Positions 23,574 through 36,716 of a stretch of DNA of 64,000 nucleotides are shown in pieces. This DNA is from Octopus bimaculoides (taxonomy: Eukaryota). The stretch is taken from the NCBI RefSeq assembly GCF_001194135.2, contig NC_068993.1:17456075-17520074 (forward strand). Direction: 5' to 3'. The position numbers were made by a program, and so were the translations under genes. How positions within the stretch are numbered: position 1 is the first letter of the stretch; every line of letters begins with the position of its first letter. A model generated the notes under the pieces. The model did no database searches. It was given only the letters and a program-made list of their open reading frames with translations, and had not been told where the DNA came from.

Positions 23574-24968
23574 ACACTGGCATGCATATGTGCATGAAGG
23601 CAGACAAAAAAGACAAATGGCTAAGGGATCAAGATATTGGATCACCAACTAAGGCAGAGTGGAATAAACTAGATGGATGTCTGAAATTTACAATGGAACA
23701 TGTACACAGAATCTGAGCTCAATATATTTGAAACTGATAGTTCGGTACCATATCCACACAGTTTTTATATGTGTAGACCGAAGTAGCTTTATTTTCATAT
23801 TTCTTCCTTTCATACACTGTAGTGTTTGTAACAAGAATGCAAACTCCTGATATATGAAATAGCAAACCAACTTATTTGTTTTATCACCAGGCAGTCTGTG
23901 TTTGAGCAGACCTATGACCAAAGGTATTCTAGCCTTTGATCATTGGTCTGAATGCAATAGCTTTGACTCACAATTTTTCCAAATATATAGCATGTCTAGG
24001 AGGATGTTATTTAATTTATTCCCTTTTCCTTAAGGTAGTAGAATATCATGTAATAAAAATTTGGGTGCTATTTCTGGAAGATTGAGTAACCATGTAGAAG
24101 CTTCACATTATAATCTGTATAAAACTGTGGTATTATTTAAATTGGCCAATTAAAATGAAGTGTTTATGTAAGGGTCATAGTGCAACAATAGTGAAGAGAG
24201 ATTAATGTCTGACTCTTCAGCCAAGATTTTTATATCTAAACTGCACAGATTTTTCTGGTTGGGAAGAATTGAACTTGGTGAGTCTAGACACATTGTTGTG
24301 CCTCTTAGGCAAGACCAATCAGCCTGCCAACCTAATTGAGTATATAGATTAATGACATGGTTGAGTTGTTAGTGTTAGGAAAAAAAAAACAAAAACATCA
24401 AGCTGCCAATAATTCATATGATATACATATATAATTTTATGTGTGAATCTCTATTCTATGCTTTTAACCAACTACCAACAGTTGAATGATATTTTTAGAA
24501 TTTTAATGATTGCTTATCGTATTTAATTAAATTTAAAATGAATATTAGTCTGTACGAACGTTAATAAATGATTTCAATCAAGTTGATAGTAGTTAATTTG
24601 CTATTGCTTTGGTGATGGTTGCATGAAATATTGAAGATATAGTCAATAATCTGTTGTTTTACTCTGTAAAGTCACTTAGGTCTGAAAACTCATATTGTTG
24701 ATGTATTAGTGGTAATTACAACTTAGCAGCTTGTTAGTATTAGTCTCTGTAGAAGAAAAATGCTGAAGATAAATTGTTATGTGAGCCCTGTCCACTTGCT
24801 GTTGTTGATAATGTAACATATGAGCTCTGTGAGTAAGAAGTCTGCTTGGCAGTTATGTGGTTTTGAGTTCAATCTCACTGCATGGCACTTGTCTTCTATC
24901 ATAGCTTGTAATTGACCAATAACTTCTGAGTGAAAATTTAGTTGATGGAAACAGTGTGGAAACCCATC

Positions 24969-24970
<2 letters not shown>

Positions 24971-25048
<78 letters not shown>
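24971..25048. repeat. (TG)n microsatellite, representative of dozens of (TA)n/(TG)n/(CA)n/(GA)n/(ATC)n tracts in the window
   Basis: Direct inspection. Other long tracts at 23516-23570, 35679-35731, 36605-36716, 47062-47103 and 63433-63481; many abut assembly gaps. Confidence 0.95.
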
Positions 25049-25051
<3 letters not shown>

Positions 25052-25171
25052 AGTGCATGCATGCTTTTGTGTATGTTTATATTAGTGTGGAGTGAAAATT
25101 GCTACATTCACACATTCTGCAGGTTTAAAATGAGACTGAATTATCTCCTTTATGCTAATATGCATATTGTG

Positions 25172-25516
25172 CAGGATGACCATAACATCTGGACATAGTC
25201 ATGACAGAATCTTCCATTTCATCCATTACAGTTGGTCAGCTGGAATGGAGTTTATCCATGATACTACCTGTTTCTTTGAATTTCTTAACTGCTTTCCTCA
25301 CTGTGGGAAAAGGAACAAGGGTCCTTTTTAGATGGTATGCACTGAAAGTTTTTGCTATCTCCCAAAATGACTGTCCCTTACATCCACCAAGTTGTATCAA
25401 TTCAATTCTTTCTTTGTTAGATAAAGTCATTTTCATATTCAATTCAAAGAAAGAAAAGTAAAGAAACAAGAAACTTAGTGAGAGTTCACAAATATCCAGA
25501 CTTTATGGTCACCCTA
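25172..25516 (-). mobile_element. Internally deleted Tc1/mariner-superfamily element (345 bp) retaining the N-terminal HTH of the transposase
   Basis: TIRs CAGGATGACCATAACATCTGGA (25172) and TCCAGACTTTATGGTCACCCT (to 25515). Minus ORF MKMTLSNKERIELIQLGGCKGQSFWEIAKTF...TVRKAVKKFKETGSIMD resembles the Tc1-family HTH ending in KF.ETGS..D. Confidence 0.7.
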
Positions 25517-26069
25517 TCTTGGAAGAATGATGAAATAAGCACTGGAAGGGGATATATTTAACTAAAACTCCTTGAAAGCAGTGTCCAAGTGTAAGAATAA
25601 CATAATGCCTTGAGTGTATTGTTGTTAATATTATGTATATTGTAACTAACATCATGTGTAACTACAAAATGATTATTAACCTTTTGTGTATTTTCTCATG
25701 TTTGAGAAAAATTGTGCAACACTCCATAAAAAAGTGAGTAGAATCACGGGTCTGAAAACCCAATGATGTGTTAATGATATTTAGAAATTAGCCTGTTAGT
25801 ATTAATTTTCTTTGAATTTTGTCATTTTTCTAGCACATTTATTGTCTATTGTACAATAGCAGATGGTTTTCCTGCTTATCAACGGATACATAAACTATCT
25901 GACTGAATGATCATGTGTGAGTCTTATTGTACTGATGCCGAATGATTCAATTTGATTTAGATTTCAGTCTTTATGCTAGCTCTAGGAATTATAATTTTGA
26001 AATTTTATTTTCAAGCATGAATCCATATTCTTATGCTAATGTATTGATATTGACAGCTATATAATCTAA

Positions 26070-27950
26070 AGGGTTATTAATGATATGAAGTTTGAAGGCA
26101 GATAAAGCAGCTGGATAGCCAGAAGTTGTTGAGGCAGTCAAGCCATCTGGAAAAGTAGGGCATGCAATCATCACTTATTTAGTCAATCAGGTAATAAAAG
26201 GATGTATCACCTCAGTGACTGGTGTAGTAGTATCTTTGTCAAATGCTACAAGAACAAAGTAAGAAGCAACTACAGAGGTATCAAATTGATGGATATGAAG
26301 TTATGAAGGTTAAAGAAAGTTATAGCAGCAGCTAATTAAGAAAACAAAAATTAGCTTAGCTAAGATGCAGGTCAAGTTTATGTAAAGACAAAGAACTATC
26401 AACCTTAGTGAGGCAACCATTAACCTTAGTGAGGCAACTACAAAAGAAGTTATTAATTTAAGAGCGATATTCTATAGCTAGAATTCATTGATCTGGAGAA
26501 GGCCTTTAACAGAGTTCCATATTCTGTAGTCTGGTAGCTGCTAAGAAAATTGGGTGTAGGTGAATGATTTGTCAAAGCAATGCAGTTATGTACAGAGTGC
26601 TGCCAGCAAAGTGAGTGTCAACAATGATTTCAGTAAGGAATTAAACATACAGGTAGGTGTCCCTCATGGTTCATTTCTCAGACCTGATAATAATAGTTTC
26701 CCAAACCATAACAGAGGAGTTCAAGACTGACAGCAGGAAATCTTATATGCTGAAAACCTTGTTTGCAATAGCAGAATCAGTCAAAGAATTAGAGGTAAAG
26801 TTCCAAAAGATCTAAAAGTATGTCATAGTTATAAGGAAAGAAGGAAAGAAGGTAGGATTCTATTGTCTTTTGAGAAATAGTTGCACTTAATATGCAGGTA
26901 GGAATAGGAATTTATTTAGTGTAAACTATGGATGCAAAAGAGGTGCTGTGGGATGCTAAGCAAGCTGACAGAAAACTCTGTATATAGTAAATACAAAAGA
27001 ATATTTAGCAATTAGAACATCCATAAAATAAATGTTTTCAAATGTCCAGAAAACCCACTAGAAGTTCTTGATAGCTTATTTACCTGAGTGACTTAGCCAA
27101 CAGTGAGGATTAGTGTCTTGAAAGTATAGTAACCAGAGGAAGAACGGGGTGGAAAATATTCTATTTCCCTGTGTTATCTCTCTCTGTGATGGCTTATAAC
27201 TCAGTGGTTAGAGCGTCAGACTTACAATTGTGTGGTTGTGAGTTTGATGCCCAGATTGGGCTGTGTGTTGTGTTCTTGTGCAAGACACTTTATTTCATGT
27301 TGCTCCAGTTCACTCAGCTGTAGAAATGAGGTGTGATGTTACTGGTACCAAACTGTATTGGCCTTTGCCTTCTCTTGGACAACATCAATGGCATGGAAAG
27401 AGGAGGTTGGTATGCATGGGTGACTGCTGCTCTTTCACAAACAACCTTGCTTGGACTTGTGCCTTGAAGGAGAACTTTCTAGGTGCAACTCTATGGTCAT
27501 TCATGACTGAAGAGGTTTTTTTATTATTATCTGTTAGCAAAAACGAAATTCTGAGTGAGGAGCAGGTTGTGTACAAAGTATGATATTGAAAAGTAGTGAA
27601 ACAAAGAAATTGAATGTGGAGAGTGTCCAAAGATTGGAGAGAAAATGAGGCAAACATGTTTTTCGCTAAATGTGTAATGTGCATGAGTGATGGTGCACAA
27701 ATGAGATGTGAGAAAAACTGGACATAAGAGGAATCAGATGTGGTGTTTCAGAATAGTTCAGCCATGTGTTGCATATGTTGGATGATAGTTGGTAAAGAAG
27801 TGTAACGCAATCTAAGTGGAAGGAACCAAGAGTAAAGAAGGACTAAGGAAGATATGGGAAAAAGTGGTGAAAGTTGATTTTAGGCAGCTGCTCCTAATGA
27901 AGGGCATGACAAAGGACCATGATGAGTGATAAATTGTGCTGGAGAAGACC
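26070..27950 (+). mobile_element. Decayed RTE-clade LINE (RT domain to 3' end), interrupted by a SINE at ~27190-27520
   Basis: Remnants read SNYRGIKLMD (~26265), AMYR..SKV...FS....QVGV.HGS (~26580-26680) and 3' VKKC..VEG......RK.WEKVVK.D (~27790-27880), with many stops and frameshifts. Confidence 0.7.
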
Positions 27951-28127
27951 TGTCCTATCAATGCAAGTATGGGAAAATAAAGGTAAGTAATGATGATGAT
28001 GATGATCATCAATTAATGCCGATTGTCCATACTGGCATGGGTTGGATTTATTTGACCAAAGCTGGCAAACTGGAGAGCTGCACCAGGATCCAGTCTGATT
28101 TGGCATGGTTTCTATGGTTGGATATCC

Positions 28128-28948
28128 TAGGTGCAGACTTAGCTGTGTGGTAAGAAATTTGCTTCCCAACCACATGGTTTCAGGTTCAGCCCCACTGTGT
28201 GGCACCCTGGGTCAACCAAAGCCTTGTGAGTGGATTTAGTAAATGGAAACTGAAAGAAACCTGTTGTATATATATACATATATACATCAGGCATGTGCCA
28301 TCAGTAATTACTCAGGGTAGGCAGTTGGCGACCTTTGTGTAGTAAAACATGCAAAAAAAAAAAAAGCGAAATACAGGCATGTGACTGAGTTGAAGCCAGA
28401 TTTACTTCTGCCTTTATACATTGTAAAGAAAATGTTGTTGTAGGAGTGTACACAACATGTATACTACAGCATCACTATGTGTAGCTTAAATACTGAGATT
28501 GAAAAGCAGGGGTGAATTATGCCTACCTAATCTACAAAAGAATAAAATATTTTGTATTTTATGCATAGTAATCAGAGTTACCTTCATAATTTTATTGCAT
28601 TAGGTACATATTTTGCCATAAAAGAAAAATGTTGCTATTGATCTATTTTATTCAAGGTAGGTACTGCCTACCCTGCCTACCTAGGTGGCATTTCCCTGGT
28701 ATATATGTATGTATATATATATATATATATTATAAATGTATGTGTGTGTCTATGTCTGTGTTTGTCCTCCACCACTGCTTGGTGTGTTTATGTCCCCCTT
28801 AATGTAGCTGTTCGGCAAAAAGATTGGCTAAGTACTAAACTTACAAAAAGAATAAGTACTAGGGTTGATTAGTTTGACTAAAATTCTTGAAGGTGGTGCC
28901 CCAGCATGGGCGCAGTCTTGTGACTGAAACAAGTAAAAGATAAAAGAT
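28128..28948 (+). mobile_element. tRNA-derived SINE (9030 family) split by a nested ~410-bp TIR element (28288-28698) inserted in its central (TA)n
   Basis: SINE head 28128-28287 and tail 28700-28948. The insert has imperfect TIRs CAGGCATGTGCCA...CAGGGTAGGCAG and CTGCCTACCCTG...TGGCATTTCCCTG. Confidence 0.6.
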
Positions 28949-31900
28949 TGTTGTTGTTTAAACCTAGGACAGTTTTACTCAAGCAAAACTATGAGTAAAA
29001 ACAATCCAGCCATGACCATCCCATCGATTTGCTTCACATATTATATATGTAGGACTCAGTTATAAGTTAATAAGGTTTGAAGGAAATTTGCTATTTATAC
29101 AGAAACCCTGCAGAGATTTATCATCGACACATTATGGGACTTTTGTAATTTTTTTGGTCGTGCTCCCATGGTAGTTCATCAATGGATCATACACACACAC
29201 ACACACGCACACACATACGCACACACACAGAATGATGGCAGCTAATATGCCAAAACATTGAAGTAACTGTCACCCGTCTTCTTATAAAAGTTTAATAAAC
29301 CTATACACTACTAAAAAGTATTGAGTGCTTCAGCTTAATGTTAAATTGTTTTTATATATAATTTGACATAAAAAGCAAACATTATCACACACACACATAC
29401 AAATATGTAATCATATATATGTATGTATATGTAAGTATATATATATATATGTGTGTGTGTATGTAAGTATATATACATATTTATATATATATATATATAC
29501 ACATGTTTATATATGTATATATATGTATATGTATAAATATATACACANNNNNNNNNNNNNNNNNNNNNNNNNNNNNNNNNNNNNNNNNNNNNNNNNNNNN
29601 NNNNNNNNNNNNNNNNNNNNNNNNNNNNNNNNNNNNNNNNGTGTGTAAATATAAATTTTTCCAATAATCCTGAGATGTTTATAAGCACTAGTGTTTAGCT
29701 TAACTCTTTGGTATTAAATAGATAAAAGACCAGATGACAGTCTATTGTAGATAACATCTAGCATTCAACATTAAAAAATAAATTATACTTCTCAAATACA
29801 CAGTGAAAACACTCACATGTTGTAGAAACACATTTTGGTAGATTCAAACTTAGAGCTCCACACGAAATAGACTAATACTTTAGACATCCAGCTAGTTTGT
29901 TTCTATATTATTGACATTATAGTACCTCTCTCTATCTGCTGGCTGAATTGTTGGCTCATCAGATGAAATACTTTGTTGCATTTCTTTTGACTTTTTACAT
30001 TCTGAGTTCAAATTCCACTGAAGTTGACTTTGCCTTTCATCCTTCCATGGTTGATAAAATAAAATACCAATCAAGATTGGAGTTGATGTAATTGACTTTC
30101 CCTCTCTTCTCAAAATTGCTGGCACTGTGCCAAAATTAGATAGAGTTATTGTTTTCAATGTTAGAAATGGTTTGGAAGAATCACATATACACAGATAACT
30201 GTATTAAGCATTTATGTTTTAGCATGTTGGGGATATCATAAAAGGACTTAATATGTATTTATTTAAAGTTTGCCTATACCAATTATGCTAGAATTGAAAT
30301 GGCTGAGTGCATGTGGTATTAGACTGCTTATTTTGGGTGTGTGAGTTCAAATCTACTATAGGTGTTTTACTTTTTCCATTTTTTTTTTGAGCAGATCAAT
30401 TTATTCTTCAATAATTCATTTATTCTTTAGCTAAGACAAGTTAACCAGAGGAGTAAGAGGATATGTAAGATCTTTACAGTTCCTTCAGACTGGTGATATT
30501 GATATATTTCAAATATCCAACATAAATATTTACAGCAAACATAGGTGTGGTTTGGTTTGAATACTTGTAAGAAAGTAAACTCTGTTTAAGTCACAAGATG
30601 TCCAGGTGTTGGTGCTATACTTTGTTAATAATTGGCACCAGATCATCTGTGAATGTAACAGACTTGTTCCTTATCCATAGTGAGATTTATCTGTTTATCC
30701 TTCATTTGCTTAATAAAGTAATGAAACCAGAGCTAAACTTTCAAAAAAGAAAAGATAAAAGTGGGATTAAAAGTAATTAATGTATAATTCAAATAATCTT
30801 GAAGCCTTAGCTGAATATTGTTGTTTCAGTATTTTTCTTCACTATTTCACTTTGCCAAGTGTATGTGATTTACCTATCTATTACTTTCATCATTTTCATC
30901 GTCATCACCACCACCACCATGATCTCCATCATTATCATCACTATCACCTCCACCATTTAATGTCCATTTGCTATGCTAGCATGGGTTGGATGGTTTGATG
31001 GGATCTGGTGTTGCAGAGCCATGTTGAGTTCCAGCATTAGCTATAACATGGTTTCTATAGCTGGATACCGTTCCTAGCGCAATGACATTTAACAGAATGG
31101 TTTCAGTGAGATCGCCAAGTAACTTGCAACACAAGGAAATGAAAAGAAGAAAGAAAAAGGAAAAAGAGATGGAGAAGAATTCATGACCTTTTTTGGGGTG
31201 GGGAAGATCTGGGACTGGTGTCATTAAAGGAGGAAGTTCTTCTCATTTGAACAAAAGAGGTGATGTTATATTGACCTTTCCCTTTTAATAAATCATCCTG
31301 TAGCTCTGTTCAAAGATATCAAATATGGGAATAAGGAAACCACTTGCTAGAAAAACAAGTAAGGGTTAGCAACAGGAAAGGCATCCAACTATACAGTAAT
31401 GCTTCAATATAAACAAGTCTTCATCCAATCCATGTTAGGATGGAAAAATAATAGGAAGTAGATTGAACGACCAAATTCTATACAGTGTGATTCAGAAATC
31501 CCTTTGTTGTATAAAATATAAACAGGATTAAAATGCTAAAAGGATATATATATATCTTTTTCCTTCCTCTTCTTTTACTACTACTTCTGTCTACTTACTT
31601 CACAACTAATTTTCATTCTCATTATTCCACCTAACAAAGGAACACCTTGCATACTGTCAACTTTTTCCTTGTAAAAATAGATAAATATGTATTATACTAA
31701 AAAGTATTGAGTGATCCTTCAGTTTAATGTTAAATTGTTTTAACACACATAATGTTTTTGTATTCAAATATAAAATAAGAGCAGCACTAGTGTAATAAAC
31801 ATTATCAACCACACATACTTAATGACAAACACACAAAGCATATATGCTAAGTATCTGTGGTCGATAATATTTATATATGTGTATGTGTGTGTGTGTGTCT

Positions 31901-31964
31901 CTTTCTCTTTCTTCCTATACTATCATGATATATCTAACCAAATCTTTTTTTTTCTTATAATCAG

Positions 31965-32166
31965 ATCTCAACAGCTGGATGAAAACCTTGGAGGAGTTTT
32001 ACATAAGATGAAGTAACCATAATACTATTGGTTACAATGTTCAGAACCAAGATACACGGAAGTATATAACTTGTAGCACCTATTTGACCAATGCAAATTT
32101 TGGGAAAAATGAACTTAAAACTTATGATGTTCATCCTCTCATTATGAGCAGATACTGTAAAATTCA
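31965..32166 (+). other. CYB5RL: Probable 5'UTR portion of the first coding exon of CYB5RL
   Basis: Acceptor TTTTTTTTTCTTATAATCAG| at 31964, with an alternative weaker acceptor CCTCTCATTATGAGCAG| at 32151. An in-frame TAA (32158-32160) precedes the ATG at 32167. Confidence 0.45.
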
Positions 32167-32364
32167 ATGTCTTCTGGTGCTGAAAATTTGAAATCTGCTC
32201 CTGCAACAGTAGAATCAAAGCCTCAGAAACCATCTGAAAGTGAGTGTTGTGGAAGTGGATGCAAAATATGTGTTTTCGATATCTATGAACAAAGGTTAAA
32301 AGCTTGGGAAAAGGAACAACAACGATATAGACTGTCTTCAGAGATCCACAATGTAGAAACTTTG
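32167..32364 (+). CDS. CYB5RL: NADH-cytochrome b5 reductase-like, coding exon 1 (N-terminal oxidoreductase-like Cys motif)
   Basis: MSSGAENLKSAPATVESKPQKPSESECCGSGCKICVFDIYEQRLKAWEKEQQRYRLSSEIHNVETL matches the P.xP...CCGSGC..CVFD.Y..L..W motif of the CYB5RL N-terminus. Ends TTG|GTAAAT in phase 0. Confidence 0.9.
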
Positions 32365-32776
32365 GTAAATATTTTAATATTTTATTTGATTTCTCTGTTG
32401 GTCAGTTTGTGTTTGTTGTGCTCGTTGTAACTCTTCTCCGTTTCCACTCTGAATTTACATCGTTTGAGTTTAGCTCTGCAATGTCAACAAAACTGTCATC
32501 AATTACGTTTTTTGTCAGCTACAGATGTAAGCTGCATCTCATTCTCTCTCTTTCTCTGGTGTGTTTTTGGTGTTTTATTATTTTTAAACTTCATTCTTTA
32601 TATAAACCGTGGGATTATCACTACTGAAATGCTTTTCATCATAGTTTTCTTTATCTTCCCTTCAAATCATACCTTACTGTCATAAATTAGGAAAAGATGC
32701 ATTGAAGTATTGTATATATATATGTGTGTGTGTAGTGTGTATGTATATATATCAGCATCATCATTTGATGATGATG

Positions 32777-32818
<42 letters not shown>

Positions 32819-32867
32819 CATACATACATACATACATGCAAACACACACACATATATGTATATTTTG

Positions 32868-33355
32868 TTGTGTCTAGGGAGAGTCATTATGCCATTATTA
32901 TTAACACATGTGCTGGTTCAATTCCACTACATGAACTTTATCATTAGTCAATTGGTTAAATATCCAACTAACTAATCAATTGTGTGTTTAATTTGGTTAA
33001 ACAGTAAGTGGTTTTTTTTTTTTTTTTTTTTTTTTTTTTGAATCTGGTTTGCAAGATTCTTTATAGGAATTCTTGTGTTGGAACAAATTTTGTTGTGTCT
33101 GGAGAGAGTCAACAAATAATCGATCAGTTTGTTGAATTTTTAACCATTTGACTATTCAACTAACTAATCGATTGTTTCTTTAATTTGTTTAAACAGTAGG
33201 TCATTTGTTTTGTTTTTGTTTGACTAATAATAAAGGAGTGGAACTGAACCAGTGCATGTGTTAATAATATTCGCATATTGACTCTCTCCAGACACAAAAA
33301 AATTTGTTTCAACACACGAATTCACAAAGAATCTTGAAAACCTGATACAAAAATG
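32868..33355. repeat. Nested inverted and direct repeat cluster (rearranged fold-back element)
   Basis: 33235-33355 is the reverse complement of partial copies at 32868-32930 and 33040-33112. CAACTAACTAATC.ATTGT...TTAAACAGTA occurs directly repeated at ~32965 and ~33157. Confidence 0.7.
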
Positions 33356-33466
33356 AAATATATGTATATGTATGTATGTATATATATGTGTATGTATGTA
33401 TATATATGTATATATATGTATATGTATGTATATATATGTATATGTATGTATATATATATATACATA

Positions 33467-33507
<41 letters not shown>

Positions 33508-33772
33508 TTAATTTGTGGTATAAGATATGGATTCAGAAAACTATGTGGCTCTCACAGAAAGCTCTTCTAACGGATTTGGCTATCATTCCTCATGATAATC
33601 CAATACAGAGAAGTGTAATGCAGAGTTTCTTCTGAATTATTTGCTCCATATTGAAATTATATATATTTAGAAGGTTGTTTGTTATGACCAGTCACATGGC
33701 GACAGTAACAAACAATCTTCTAAATATTACTACTCTGTTTTAGAGTGTGCTTCTTTTTCATATTTATGAGAG

Positions 33773-33803
<31 letters not shown>

Positions 33804-34594
33804 CGTGCATGTGAGTGTGTGTGTGTGTGGATGTATTTGTGTGCCCGCATGTGTGTGTGTATTTATGTTTGTATATGTGTGTGTTAATATGTATTTGTGT
33901 GTCCTGCCATAAAAACAATGTCTTTTGTTTCCAGTCCTGTGGGAAATTCATGTCTGGCCACAGGGAAATATTACCTTGTTTGGAAAGAGGTGAGGGTTGG
34001 CAACAGGTAGAGCAGTCAGCAGTATAAAATCATCCTCAACAAATTCCATCTGATCCATACAAAGTTGAAGAGACATTAAAAGGATGAGGATATATTTTTA
34101 TTAAATTTTATTGAAAGACACATTATCTGGTGGATCCCCAGAAATTTTTTCATGAAACCTTGGGATTCCACTTTGAGAAACATTGCTGTGAGGCATATTT
34201 GTGTTGTGAACATTTACTTGTGAGTAAATAAAAATAAACAAATATTAAAATTAAAGAACATTTATGAATTTTCATGTCAATATAAGGAATGTAGACAAAG
34301 TTAATTATCCATTCAGATGCATATCTTCATTAATGATATTTTTAATCAAACAATCTAAAATATGGATTAGTTGGTAATGCAGGTATGTTTGGAGATCATT
34401 TTGTGATTAAAAGAAGTTAACAAAATCAGAGGGAAAATAATATTTCATTATATTATTTTGTTTTAAATTGTTGTCAGTTCTTACATATTTAATCAAGATG
34501 TATTAGACATAAACATTCAGACATTTGACTAAAATTACTTTTCCTCACCTCATATTTATTTCCAGTTAATGTTTTAAATGCTCCCATCATTCCA

Positions 34595-34990
34595 TCCATC
34601 CATCTTCTCCACCCACAGTTCCTGGGAGGGTCATAAGGACAGGGTTCTCAGGCACCATCTCCAAAGGGTCCTATCAGAAACAATCATCGTTACACTTTCT
34701 GGCTGTATTCCTGCGCATGAGCAACTGAGACCAGTTGTTATTACCCAAACATCTCATTCTTGGTCAACCTCTTGATTTCCTACCAGTCGTAGTTGGTTTG
34801 GCTTGAAGAATCTGTCTTGTGATTCTTTCTTGTGAAATTCTACTCGTATATCTGTAGTACCAGACCTGTGACCTCTCAATATGGAGAAGTAGTGGTTTGA
34901 CCTGGAGAGACTCTCCAATCCCCAAGCCATGCACCCTGCCAAGTAACAATACTCCAGAAACCCTTCAGAGCGACCCCATTTTGGCCTTTT
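34595..34990 (-). mobile_element. 3' end of an RTE-type LINE
   Basis: Minus translation VKPLLLHIERSQVWYYRYTSRISQERITRQILQAKPTTTGRKSRG*PR...DRTLWR matches RTE ORF ends (IE..QLRW.GH..R...R.P..IL....G.R.RGRP). A related + copy lies at 49790-49975. Confidence 0.65.
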
Positions 34991-35676
34991 GTATTTGCAA
35001 TTGTATTCTTTTCATCATTACCCAATATTCACAATCAAAGGTGCTCTCTACCTTAATTATGGTAAATTTCTTATTGTCTTTTATGTGTGTAGTGTCTTTA
35101 ACTCCTTAGTTTATTCAAATCAGCCGTGTCAGGCCCAAATATTCTACCTGTTTTATGTTCAAACTGGTAAGATCAGGCCTTTCACACCTATCTTATAATA
35201 TTATTCTAAAAATATACCATCACTTCATTGAAATCACAAAACTACAAAATAAAGTATGATAAATTCAAAACAATGTGAATGAATAAGCGTTACATATGTA
35301 ATCTAAATGTTAAAAGGTTAAATTACTGCATTGCTAAACAATAATTTAATTTCCAAAGCCAACAATTGTACAATCTTGTATGTTTGCTTAGCCAGGCTTT
35401 CATCACTAATTCAACAAGTACAATAAATTATACTTTACATTGATGAGGTCTAAATAATATCAAAACATATCCAAAGATATAGAGATCTCTCTAGAACTTG
35501 CCAGAAGAAAGAAAATGATATTATTCAGCAATAAATATCGTCCTTCACCACTTCATTTTGTATTTATTTTTAGTTATCACTTTAATTTAATATTATTATA
35601 TAAAAAAACTTTAATCAACATATATTGTCTGAAAGTTAAATCAATTTAATAAAGCAGATGCCTGTTTCACTCTCAC

Positions 35677-35731
<55 letters not shown>

Positions 35732-36258
35732 NNNNNNNNNNNNNNNNNNNNNNNNNNNNNNNNNNNNNNNNNNNNNNNNNNNNNNNNNNNNNNNNNNNNN
35801 NNNNNNNNNNNNNNNNNNNNNNNNNNNNNNNNNNNNNNNNNNNNNNNNNNNNNNNNNNNNNNNNNNNNNNNNNNNNNNNNNNNNNNNNNNNNNNNNNNNN
35901 NNNNNNNNNNNNNNNNNNNNNNNNNNNNNNNNNNNNNNNNNNNNNNNNNNNNNNNNNNNNNNNNNNNNNNNNNNNNNNNNNNNNNNNNNNNNNNNNNNNN
36001 NNNNNNNNNNNNNNNNNNNNNNNNNNNNNNNNNNNNNNNNNNNNNNNNNNNNNNNNNNNNNNNNNNNNNNNNNNNNNNNNNNNNNNNNNNNNNNNNNNNN
36101 NNNNNNNNNNNNNNNNNNNNNNNNNNNNNNNNNNNNNNNNNNNNNNNNNNNNNNNNNNNNNNNNNNNNNNNNNNNNNNNNNNNNNNNNNNNNNNNNNNNN
36201 NNNNNNNNNNNNNNNNNNNNNNNNNNNNNNNNNNNNNNNNNNNNNNNNNNATATATAT

Positions 36259-36536
36259 ATATTATCAGAAAATTACAGTATTATATATCCATCACAACTG
36301 ATCTTACCAATTGGTTTCACACAATGAATACAATTGAGTGTTAGGTAACAATCTGATTATATAACCTTACACTCATCAGAGTTAGCTGATGTGGAAGGGA
36401 CACATCGGCTAACTCTGATGAGTATAATGTTATATAATTAGATTGTTACTTAATACTCCATTATATTCCTTGTGCGAAACTAAATGGTAAGATCAGCCAT
36501 GATGGATATTATATTACTGTAATTTTCTGATAATAT
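36259..36536. repeat. Palindromic fold-back element: ~135-bp arms with a 7-nt loop
   Basis: ATATTATCAGAAAATTACAGTA...CTCATCAGAGTTAGCTGATGTG-GAAGGGA-CACATCGGCTAACTCTGATGAG...TACTGTAATTTTCTGATAATAT. Confidence 0.9.
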
Positions 36537-36661
36537 ACCCACTCTAATGATAGATATATAAGTGCATCTTTTCCTTGACTTATGGTCTCTTAGACAATTC
36601 ATGTGCATATATATGTGTGTGTGTGTGTGTATATATATGTGTATATATATATATGTATATA

Positions 36662-36716
<55 letters not shown>

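Noticed and set aside
31965-32191. Reading frame broken by a single TGA (…FYIR*SNHNT…) as a possible selenocysteine or readthrough ORF
   Set aside because: No homology or Sec-type motif context and no SECIS recognised. Best treated as 5'UTR.
36415-36481. CTGATGAG ... GAAAC in the right arm of the 36.3-kb palindrome, resembling a hammerhead
   Set aside because: The pairing GAGTAT/ATACTC is not closed directly by GAAA (17 extra nt), and no stem I or cleavage triplet fits.
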